Assembly: GCA_000830275.1 (NCBI GenBank)
Contig: CP010424.1
Span: 990,001 to 1,022,000 of the forward strand
Source of the DNA: an archaeon GW2011_AR10
Lineage (GTDB): Archaea; Iainarchaeota; Iainarchaeia; Iainarchaeales; GW2011-AR10
Length of the DNA stretch: 32,000 nucleotides
Direction of reading: 5' to 3'
The position numbers and the translations under genes are program-made. Below the pieces are notes generated by a model that was given only the letters and a program-made list of their open reading frames with translations, had not been told where the DNA came from and ran no database searches. Positions 5,990 to 13,786 of the stretch are shown one piece after another. Each line of letters begins with the position of its first letter. Position 1 is the stretch's first letter.

Positions 5990-7609
5990 TTGATGTCTGA
6001 AAAGGTTTTTTGGGCCGAGCAGCTTGCAGCAAAGGTTGCCTCTAGAAAAAAGTTTTTTTTCCTAGATAAGCCACTTCCAAAAATTAAGGGCCCAGGCATT
6101 AAAAGCAGTTCAAGCCTTTCAGGCGTGCTGCACATCGGTAGGCTGAGTGACATCCTTAGGGGGGAAGCGGTTTTTAGGGCCCTAAAGGAAAACGTTAGCG
6201 GAGCTAAATTCATTTATGTTACTGAGGACATGGACCCTTTGAGGAAAGTTCCTAGCAATGTTCCCAAATCCTTTGAGCAATACATCGGAATGCCTGTAAG
6301 CGATGTTCCTGACCCAAGTGGCTGCCATAAAAGTTATAGTTTGCATTTCAAGGAAATGTTTCTTGAAACTTTTTCCAGTTTCCTTTTGTTTGAGCCTAAA
6401 GTTTACTCTATGAGGGAAGAGTACAGGAAAGGCAGTTTCACCCCGTTCATATTCGAGCTTGTAAGCAAAGCAGAGGAAGTGAGGAAAATAGTTGACAAGT
6501 TCAAGGGAAAAAATTCAGGTTCTGGCGGAGTTCCTTGGAAGCCTATCTGCGATAACTGCGGCAAGCTTCAGACAACCCATGTAACTTCTGTTGAGGGAAA
6601 AAAAATCAGCTATGTGTGCAGGGATTATGCGTTTGAGTCAGTTAAAGCATTAGGCTGCGGGCATGAGGGCACTTCTGACTTGCGGAAGGCAAACGGCAAG
6701 CTTGCTTGGAAAAGCGAGTGGGCAGCCCAGTGGAAGCGCTGGAATGTTGTAAGCGAGGGCGCTGGCAAGGAATACAATGCGCCGAACTCTGCGTGGTTCA
6801 TTAATGCTGAAATTTGCGAGAAAATACTTGGGTTTCCCATGCCGGAGCCAATTTTCTATGAGCACCTATTAATCGGCAGAGAAAAAATGTCCGCGTCTGT
6901 CGGAAATGTAGTTTATCCTCATGAGTGGCTTGAAGTTGCGAGGCCAGAATCCTTGAAGCTTTTGTATATGAAAAAACTTTCCAAGACAAGGAGTTTTTCT
7001 TGGGCGGAACTCCCGCTTCTTGAAAAAGAGCTTGACAGTGCAGCCGCCATATTTTACTCAAAAAAAAAGAAGACCGACGAAGAAAAGCAGGTTGAGTGCC
7101 TTTATATTTACTCGCAGGTGAAGGGCAGAACTGTTTTGCCTTTGGGCATTGACTACTATTCTGTTGCTGCGTTAACCCCTGTTTTTCCAGATGACAAGGC
7201 ATTGTTGGATAAAATGGTTTCGTCAGGCCAAATTTCTGCAAAGCTTTCTGCTTCGGAGAAAAAGCAGTGGCTTGAAATTATTTCCAAGGCAAGGCTCTGG
7301 GTTAAAATGCATGCAACTGAATTAAAGCTAAAGTTTTCCGAAACTTATTCTGCAAAGAATCTTTCAGAGGCAATAAAGAGTTCTTTCCTTGAAATAGCTG
7401 GCGGCCTTGAAAGCAAAAAAAGCGAAGAGGAAGTGCAGGCTTTTGTTTTCAGTGTCGCGAAAAAAAACTCGGTTAAACCCAAGGAGCTGTTTAAAGCACT
7501 TTACAATGTTGTATTAAATGCGGATTCCGGTCCAAAGTTTGGCTCATTGGTTTTTGCGTTTGAAAAGAAAAGAATTGCTGAAAGATTAAGAGAGGCTGGT
7601 GGCACTTGA
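5990..7609 (+). CDS. lysK: Class I lysyl-tRNA synthetase
   Basis: HIGH-type motif (SGVLHIGRLSD) and KMSKS-type motif (EKMSASVGNVV) are present. So is the Cys-rich insertion plus the GKLAWKSEWAAQWKRWNV...GAGKEY block typical of archaeal class I LysRS. Length 539 aa. ATG at 5993 follows the TTG at 5990. Confidence 0.8.
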   Translation: MMSEKVFWAEQLAAKVASRKKFFFLDKPLPKIKGPGIKSSSSLSGVLHIGRLSDILRGEAVFRALKENVSGAKFIYVTEDMDPLRKVPSNVPKSFEQYIGMPVSDVPDPSGCHKSYSLHFKEMFLETFSSFLLFEPKVYSMREEYRKGSFTPFIFELVSKAEEVRKIVDKFKGKNSGSGGVPWKPICDNCGKLQTTHVTSVEGKKISYVCRDYAFESVKALGCGHEGTSDLRKANGKLAWKSEWAAQWKRWNVVSEGAGKEYNAPNSAWFINAEICEKILGFPMPEPIFYEHLLIGREKMSASVGNVVYPHEWLEVARPESLKLLYMKKLSKTRSFSWAELPLLEKELDSAAAIFYSKKKKTDEEKQVECLYIYSQVKGRTVLPLGIDYYSVAALTPVFPDDKALLDKMVSSGQISAKLSASEKKQWLEIISKARLWVKMHATELKLKFSETYSAKNLSEAIKSSFLEIAGGLESKKSEEEVQAFVFSVAKKNSVKPKELFKALYNVVLNADSGPKFGSLVFAFEKKRIAERLREAGGT

Positions 7610-8667
7610 CGAAATTGGAGCAGTTTCTTAAGCGCAGTGCAGTAGAAATCAACAAAGAGCTTGAACGTTTTTTTCCAAGGAAAATTTCAAGGCAGTGGAT
7701 GAAAGAAAATGTTTCTGCAGAGGAATTCGAGTTTGACCTCGAAACTTACCAGAAAGCGGTTGTAGAGCCTGTGTGGGATTTTTTGGATAGGGGCGGGAAG
7801 CGCTGGAGGCCTTCCCTGATGCTGTTATGCTGTGAGGCAGTTGGCGGCAACAGAAAGAAAGCATTGCCTTTTGTTGTTTTCCCGGAGCTGCTTCACACTG
7901 GCTCGATAATTGTTGACGATGTTGAAGATAATTCGAGTGTGAGGCGCGGCAGGCCCGCAATGCACAAGCTTTTCGGCGTTGACATAGCAGTAAACAATGG
8001 CAATCTCCTTTACTTCCTGCCTGCCTTTCTGCTTTACTCGAACAAGTTTAGGCTGCCTTCTGGGCTGAAGGCAAAAATTTATGATGTTTGCTTGGAGGAA
8101 ATGGTCCGGCTTTCTTTTGGTCAGGCCACTGATATCTACTGGCATCAGGGCAAAAGAACCGCTGTTTCAGAGAAGCAATACTTGCAGATGTGCACTTTTA
8201 AAACAGGCAGCCTTGCAAGGCTTTCGGCAAAACTTGGTGTCATTCTTGGCGGCGGAAGCAGGAAACAAACCGAAAAACTAGGCAACTTTGCGGCAGCAAT
8301 CGGTGTTGCCTTCCAGATAAGGGATGATGTGTTAAACATTTCCAGCTCAGAGCACATAGGCAAGGATTTTGGCGATGACATACTGGAAGGAAAGCGCTCC
8401 CTGATAATTCTACGGACTTTGAAGAAGGCGGCCAAGCATGAGAGGAATCGCTTGCTGGCAATACTTGGTTATGCCACTGGCAGTAAACAGGAAGTAGCTG
8501 AGGCGCTGAAGATAATAAAAAAGTATGATGGCATAGAGTTTTCAAAGGCAAAGGCAAAAGAGCTTGTTGAAAAGAGCTGGAAGGAAGCTGAAGCCTGCAT
8601 CACTGAAAGCAGTGCAAAGTCTTTGCTGAGGGAATTTGCAAATTATGTTGTTGAGAGGCAGTCTTAG
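7606..8667 (+). CDS. idsA: Short-chain trans-prenyl diphosphate synthase (geranylgeranyl diphosphate synthase type)
   Basis: First Asp-rich motif is LHTGSIIVDDVEDNSSVRRGRPAMH. The second is FQIRDDVLN, with KDFGDDILEGKRSL. The start overlaps the lysK stop by 4 nt. Confidence 0.85.
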   Translation: MTKLEQFLKRSAVEINKELERFFPRKISRQWMKENVSAEEFEFDLETYQKAVVEPVWDFLDRGGKRWRPSLMLLCCEAVGGNRKKALPFVVFPELLHTGSIIVDDVEDNSSVRRGRPAMHKLFGVDIAVNNGNLLYFLPAFLLYSNKFRLPSGLKAKIYDVCLEEMVRLSFGQATDIYWHQGKRTAVSEKQYLQMCTFKTGSLARLSAKLGVILGGGSRKQTEKLGNFAAAIGVAFQIRDDVLNISSSEHIGKDFGDDILEGKRSLIILRTLKKAAKHERNRLLAILGYATGSKQEVAEALKIIKKYDGIEFSKAKAKELVEKSWKEAEACITESSAKSLLREFANYVVERQS

Positions 8668-9404
8668 GTTTCCTCGTATTCTTCTTCCACTTTGTGCACT
8701 ACTATTCCTTTATCCGTTATTTCGATTGGGTGAAGGCTCTCCGAGTGGTGTGTTGCACGCATTTTTCTGATGTGAAGCGTTCGGTTGCTTTGCGTTCCAA
8801 CCCCCATGTAGTGCAGTACTATTACCCCGTCTACAACATATTCTTCCACGCCGAATTTTCCGAATTTGTTTGCTCCTTCCTGTATTTCAGAGGTTATAAT
8901 TGAAGTAACGCCTGTTCTCATCAGGAGGTAGCTTAGCTTTAGCACGGATTTTCTTACCTCGGAATTGTTTTCAAGGCTTAACCCAAGCGCCGGAATGGAG
9001 TCAATAACCAGCCTTTTCGCGCCTATCCTTTTTGTTACTCGCATTATTTCCAGTAACAGCTTGTCCAGGTCAAAGCCCGTTGCAGGCATTGAAACTTCCT
9101 CTTCGCTTGGAATGCCGAGCTTTGCAATGCTGCCGTCAATTATCTGGAGCATGTTTTCCTGCTCCAGTTTCCTCAGATCCCAGCCAAACCTTATTACATC
9201 TTCCCGAATCAATTCAGGCCTTTCATCCAGTGTAACATAAATGCCTGGCTCGGAATACTTTTTTGCCCCATTGTAAATGTACTGCATTGAGAAAATGGTT
9301 TTGCCTGTCCCGCAGGCGCCACTTAATAGTATTGATCGTCCTTCAGGAAATCCTCCTTCAACCAATTTGTCTAGGCCGGTGATTCCAGTGGGGATTCTTT
9401 TCAT
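8664..9404 (-). CDS. Single-domain KaiC-like / RecA-superfamily ATPase
   Basis: IPTGITGLDKLVEGGFPEGRSILLSGACGTGKTIFSMQYIYNG holds the Walker A motif. Walker B-like LVIDSI is also present. At 246 aa the size is typical of archaeal stand-alone KaiC homologues. The stop overlaps the idsA stop convergently. Confidence 0.85.
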   Translation of the reverse strand: MKRIPTGITGLDKLVEGGFPEGRSILLSGACGTGKTIFSMQYIYNGAKKYSEPGIYVTLDERPELIREDVIRFGWDLRKLEQENMLQIIDGSIAKLGIPSEEEVSMPATGFDLDKLLLEIMRVTKRIGAKRLVIDSIPALGLSLENNSEVRKSVLKLSYLLMRTGVTSIITSEIQEGANKFGKFGVEEYVVDGVIVLHYMGVGTQSNRTLHIRKMRATHHSESLHPIEITDKGIVVHKVEEEYEET

Positions 9405-9570
9405 GCAAAATCGTATGTAAATTGGTCGAACTAATATTTATTCCTTTTTAGAGCTTGTGACTTCCGTACCCATCTATAATTGGCGGAGGTTAACTGCTGC
9501 TTTATTGCAGTAATCTGTCAGTGAATAGTATTTCTATTTTTATTCTTTTTGCAGCTAATCTCTGAATAGA

Positions 9571-10803
9571 ATGGCTTCAGCTAGAAAAATTTTGGTGCTG
9601 TTCTTTGCTTTCTTGCTTTTGTTTAGTTCTGCTTCAGCTCAAAGCTATTTTTCTGCCTTAAGAGTAAAGTCTGGGCACTCCATTTCTCCAGCCAATGCTT
9701 TTCCTGGAGACGTTATAACGCTTAATGCTACAATTGAGGGCAAATCTGAGTCAAAAATTGCGGAAAACATCAGTGCAGAGCTTTTCTTAAACGAAAGCTA
9801 CTTTGAGGCAGTCAATGTTGTTGACGAGCTTGGAAGCATTGGAAACAACGAGGCAAAAACTGCGAGTTTCCTTTTTAAGGCAAAGGACGGAGCTCCGGCT
9901 GGATCTTACAGGGTTCCCTTGAAACTTTCATACGAGGTCGCTGGCGCTAAAGTGAACGAAAGCTATGACCTAAATTTTTCCCTTGCACGGTGCTATGGGC
10001 TTGATTTAAGCAATGTAAGTTACTCCACTCAGTTTCCGTATGGCGGGGAAGAGGTCCTGCTGACTGCAACAATTGAAAATATTTGTAATGGCGCTGCAAG
10101 GAATGCTACAGCCGAGCTAATCCCTATCACGAATTCGACTTTTGACCCGTTCATCCTCCTTTCAAGCAGCGTGGCTCAAGCTGGCAGCATCCAGCCTGGC
10201 GAAACAAAAAAGGTGACTTTTTCACTTAAGCCAAGCGCTGACGCAGAGCCAAAAATTTACGTTTTTGAGGTTGATTTGAATTGCTTTGACTGTTCCGCCA
10301 CAAAAAAGGAAAAGGTTTCTTTTGAAGTGCTTGCAAAGCCTGTGCTTATTTTTTCCGGGGTGAATTACGCAATAGAGGGAAGGGATGATAAACAGCTTTT
10401 TCCGGGAGACGCTTTCTCTCTTTCAGTTCAGGTTGACAACATAGGAAAGAGTGAAGCCAAGGCAGTAAAGGTTGTTTTGGAAACTGATGATGCCGTTAAT
10501 GGTTCAAAGGAAAACTTTGTGGGCAACGTAGATGAAGATGACACGGGAGCCGCAATTTTTGATTTAAGCATTGCTCCTTCAGCTCAGCGTGGAGGTCACA
10601 CTGCCACAATAAATGTTTTCTACCTTGATGAGTTAGGAGGGGAGCAGGTGATTTCTGACACCTATGTTATTTTCGTTAATGATAGGCCGCCGGAAAGCCC
10701 GGTTTTTCTCTTGTTTTTAATCATTATAATTTTGGTGGTCCTGTACTTTATCCTGAAAATGGTTTTCAGGCAGCTTGCCTTGAGGAAGGCTAAATTACGA
10801 TGA
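9571..10803 (+). CDS. Secreted CARDB / COG1361 S-layer-domain-like protein with C-terminal TM anchor
   Basis: Signal peptide is ILVLFFAFLLLFSSASA. At least three repeats of the CARDB-like pattern P-G-(D/E)-x-hydrophobic...N-x-(G/C)...A-x-N are present (FPGDVITLNATIEG..IAENISAELFL; GGEEVLLTATIENICNGAARNATAELIP; FPGDAFSLSVQVDNIGKSEAKAVKVVLE). The C-terminal TM is VFLLFLIIIILVVLYFIL. The stop overlaps the next gene. Confidence 0.55.
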   Translation: MASARKILVLFFAFLLLFSSASAQSYFSALRVKSGHSISPANAFPGDVITLNATIEGKSESKIAENISAELFLNESYFEAVNVVDELGSIGNNEAKTASFLFKAKDGAPAGSYRVPLKLSYEVAGAKVNESYDLNFSLARCYGLDLSNVSYSTQFPYGGEEVLLTATIENICNGAARNATAELIPITNSTFDPFILLSSSVAQAGSIQPGETKKVTFSLKPSADAEPKIYVFEVDLNCFDCSATKKEKVSFEVLAKPVLIFSGVNYAIEGRDDKQLFPGDAFSLSVQVDNIGKSEAKAVKVVLETDDAVNGSKENFVGNVDEDDTGAAIFDLSIAPSAQRGGHTATINVFYLDELGGEQVISDTYVIFVNDRPPESPVFLLFLIIIILVVLYFILKMVFRQLALRKAKLR

Positions 10804-11942
10804 TTAAGTTAAGCTTCCTTAATCTGTTCCGAAAAAAAACTAGGACTTTTCTTGCTTTGCTAGGCATAGTAATAGGGGTTGCCTCAATCCTTGTCCTAGT
10901 CTCAATTGTTGACGGCGTATTCAAGGAATTCAATGATGTTTTAAGCCAGTTTCAGGGCTTAATGGTGATGGAACAGGATTCCTTTGACCAGCCTTTCTCC
11001 AGGCTGGATGTTTCATGGGAGCAGAAGCTTGAAAGCATTCCGGGAGTAAAAGGCGCAATTCCAGAAATATGGTATGTTCCAAAAAAAATTGACGACAAGG
11101 ATGCAGGAATAGGCGGGGGCGGTTTCAGTTTCACCGGAGTTTATGGCCTTGACATTCAGAAGCAATTATCAATTTCTAGTACTGGCTGGGTTGTTGATTT
11201 CGAGCAGGGCTCGGTTATTAACCCGGGCGAGAGTGGCGCAGTCTTAATCGGAAAAAAAATAGCAGATGACTACCACAAGTTTGTAGGCTCCTCACTTGAA
11301 ATTGACGGGAAAAAATACAGAGTGAAAGGAATATTCGAGGCAGAATCTGAGCTGATTGAAAACGTTATTGTGATGAACCTTGAAGACGCGCGTGATCTCG
11401 CAGGAATTCCAAGCGATGAGGTCAACACTTTCACAGTTGGTTTGGTTGACCCAAGCAGAGATGACGAAATAGCGAAACTGATGGAATTCAAGTATGGCGA
11501 TGACCTCCAGGTTTTTAGCATGTCCCAGTCATCAGACCTTCTGGGGGGAATCCTTGGCCAGTTCAGGCTGGTGGTGTTTTTTGTTGCGGCAATTTCTGCT
11601 GTTGTTGCCAGCGTGGGAATAATGAATACAATCCTTATGAGCATCTTTGACCGAATTAAAGAAATAGGCGCCTTGAAGGCTGTTGGCTGGACCAACTCAA
11701 ACATTGTTAAGATGGTAATGTATGAAAGCCTTGCATTGGGGGTTGTCGGCGGCATTGTTGGACTAATGGTTGGTTTTGGAATTGACGTGTTTTTGAATTC
11801 GCAGTTTGGTCTGCCTTACTCAATAACTCCTATGCTTTTGCTTGAGGCTTTTTCTTTTGCTGTTTTGCTCGGCCTGATTGCAGGAATTTACCCTGCTTTC
11901 AGGGCTGCAAAGCTTGATCCTGTTGAGGCAATGAGGTACTAG
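10800..11942 (+). CDS. ABC transporter permease, MacB/FtsX type (paralogue 1)
   Basis: N-terminal TM (LSFLNLFRKKTRTFLALLGIVIGVASI), a large extracytoplasmic domain and a C-terminal FtsX-like 3-TM bundle (KEIGALKAVGWTNSNIVKMVMYESL...AFRAAKLDPVEAMRY). Confidence 0.85.
   Translation: MIKLSFLNLFRKKTRTFLALLGIVIGVASILVLVSIVDGVFKEFNDVLSQFQGLMVMEQDSFDQPFSRLDVSWEQKLESIPGVKGAIPEIWYVPKKIDDKDAGIGGGGFSFTGVYGLDIQKQLSISSTGWVVDFEQGSVINPGESGAVLIGKKIADDYHKFVGSSLEIDGKKYRVKGIFEAESELIENVIVMNLEDARDLAGIPSDEVNTFTVGLVDPSRDDEIAKLMEFKYGDDLQVFSMSQSSDLLGGILGQFRLVVFFVAAISAVVASVGIMNTILMSIFDRIKEIGALKAVGWTNSNIVKMVMYESLALGVVGGIVGLMVGFGIDVFLNSQFGLPYSITPMLLLEAFSFAVLLGLIAGIYPAFRAAKLDPVEAMRY
11821..11875 (+). repeat. 55-nt tract identical to 13662-13716 (copy A)
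   Basis: CAATAACTCCTATGCTTTTGCTTGAGGCTTTTTCTTTTGCTGTTTTGCTCGGCCT is read identically in both permease genes, while the flanking sequence differs at many positions. Confidence 0.9.
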
Positions 11943-11952
11943 GTGAGCTAAA

Positions 11953-12645
11953 TTGATTGAAGCAAAAAATATTTCAAAGCATTATAGGATGGGGGATTCG
12001 ATTGTAAAGGCTTTGAGTGGCGTGTCGCTGAAAATTGAGAAAGGTGATTTCTTGGTGGTGGTTGGGCCAAGCGGTTCCGGCAAGAGCACCCTCATGCACA
12101 TCCTCAGCGCTTTAGACCATCCAACATCAGGAAAAGTTTTCATAGATGGGGAGGACACCAGTGTTTTGGATGACTGGCATCTTGCGATGATTAGAAGAAA
12201 CAAGATTGGTTTCATTTTCCAGACGTTCAACCTGATTCCAACCCTTAATTCTGTCGAGAACGTGACTATTCCAACCGAACCAATGAACCTTGACAGAGAG
12301 CAAGTGGATGAGCGTGCTGTTTCCTTGCTGAAAATAGTTGGCTTGGGCCACAGGCTTTTTCACAAGCCGCAGGAGTTGAGCGGCGGTGAAAGGCAGCGCG
12401 TTTCAATTGCCAGAGCCCTAATAAATGAGCCTGAAATTATTTTTGCAGATGAGCCAACAGGCAACCTTGACTCTGTTACCGGCAAGCACATAATTGAACT
12501 AATGAGAAAACTAAACATTGAAGAGAAAAAGACTTTCGTCATCGTAACCCATGACCAGTCGTTGCTTGACTTTGCCTCAAAAAAGGTTTTCCTGAGGGAC
12601 GGCCAAATAATCAAGCTGGAGTTAAACAGCAAAAAAGGTGCGTGA
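11953..12645 (+). CDS. ABC transporter ATP-binding protein (MacB/LolD-type)
   Basis: Walker A GPSGSGKST, Q-loop FIFQTFNL, signature LSGGERQRVSIARAL, Walker B IIFADEPTGNLD and H-loop VTHD. Confidence 0.92.
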   Translation: MIEAKNISKHYRMGDSIVKALSGVSLKIEKGDFLVVVGPSGSGKSTLMHILSALDHPTSGKVFIDGEDTSVLDDWHLAMIRRNKIGFIFQTFNLIPTLNSVENVTIPTEPMNLDREQVDERAVSLLKIVGLGHRLFHKPQELSGGERQRVSIARALINEPEIIFADEPTGNLDSVTGKHIIELMRKLNIEEKKTFVIVTHDQSLLDFASKKVFLRDGQIIKLELNSKKGA

Positions 12646-13786
12646 ATTGCTAAAGTTTTCTTTTTTGAATTTGTTCCGCAACAAGTCTAGAACCGCTCTT
12701 TCATTGATTGCAATAGTTATCGGTGTTTCTGCAATAATTGCATTAGTCAGCGTTGTAGATGGGCTGTTTGGTGAGGTCCAGGGTGCACTCAGCCAAGTGC
12801 AGAGCATTAGGGTCTCGCAAAAGAATGCCCCAGGCCCGTATGGAAACCTTGAAATTGAATGGAAGAACAAGCTGGATGGCGTTCAGGGGGTCAGGGCTGC
12901 TGTGCCGATTGTAGTTGGGGTTGCAACTTCAATTGACGGTGAATACTCTGTTTTTGGGCAAACTCAGGTTATTGGAGTTGACTTTACCAGCGCGCAAAAG
13001 CTGACTGCTTCAGCAGTTCAGCTTGCCGTATCAGCAGAAATTTCGGAGGGCCGGGACATAAGGCCGGGGGAAACAGGCGTAGTGATTATAGGCAAACAAA
13101 CAAAGAAAAATCTAAACAAGTTTCTAAACCAATCAATTGAAATCAATGGAAAAAAATTTAAGATTGTAGGTGTTTTTTCCAGCGGTTCGGCCCTGATTAA
13201 TTCCGGTTTGGTGATTCCAATTGAGGATGCAAGAGAACTTTTTAATGTGGGCAGTGACAGAATGAACGCTTTGTTTCTTGAAGTCAATAATCCGGAGCAA
13301 GAAAAACGTGTTGTAGAAATAATTAATTTTCGTTTCAGTGAGGACCTCAGCGCGGTCAGTGCAAGCGATCTTTCTGAGCAGTTCGGTGATGTTCTGGGGA
13401 GTTTGAGGCTGCTTGTTGCTGCGGTTGCAGGCATTTCCGCTGTAGTTGCAGGAGTGGGAATCATTAATACGATGCTGATGAGTGTTATTGAGAGGTTCAG
13501 AGAGATTGGTGCTTTGAAGGCTGTTGGCTGGACTAACTCAAACATAATGAAAATGATTTTGTTTGAATCCATTATGATTGGAGTTATAGGCGGCTTCCTT
13601 GGAATGGTTGCAGGCTCTGCTGTTGCTGTTCTGCTGCACCAAACATTCGGGTTAACTGCCGCAATAACTCCTATGCTTTTGCTTGAGGCTTTTTCTTTTG
13701 CTGTTTTGCTCGGCCTTGTAGGCGGGCTTTACCCTGCATACATTGCTTCTAAAGCGGACCCTATTGAGTCGTTAAGAGTCGAGTAA
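12638..13786 (+). CDS. ABC transporter permease, MacB/FtsX type (paralogue 2)
   Basis: Same architecture as 10800-11942 (FSFLNLFRNKSRTALSLIAIVIGVSAI...REIGALKAVGWTNSNIMKMILFESI...ASKADPIESLRVE). It overlaps the ATPase gene by 8 nt. Confidence 0.85.
   Translation: MRELLKFSFLNLFRNKSRTALSLIAIVIGVSAIIALVSVVDGLFGEVQGALSQVQSIRVSQKNAPGPYGNLEIEWKNKLDGVQGVRAAVPIVVGVATSIDGEYSVFGQTQVIGVDFTSAQKLTASAVQLAVSAEISEGRDIRPGETGVVIIGKQTKKNLNKFLNQSIEINGKKFKIVGVFSSGSALINSGLVIPIEDARELFNVGSDRMNALFLEVNNPEQEKRVVEIINFRFSEDLSAVSASDLSEQFGDVLGSLRLLVAAVAGISAVVAGVGIINTMLMSVIERFREIGALKAVGWTNSNIMKMILFESIMIGVIGGFLGMVAGSAVAVLLHQTFGLTAAITPMLLLEAFSFAVLLGLVGGLYPAYIASKADPIESLRVE
13662..13716 (+). repeat. 55-nt tract identical to 11821-11875 (copy B)
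   Basis: Direct reading. See copy A. Confidence 0.9.
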
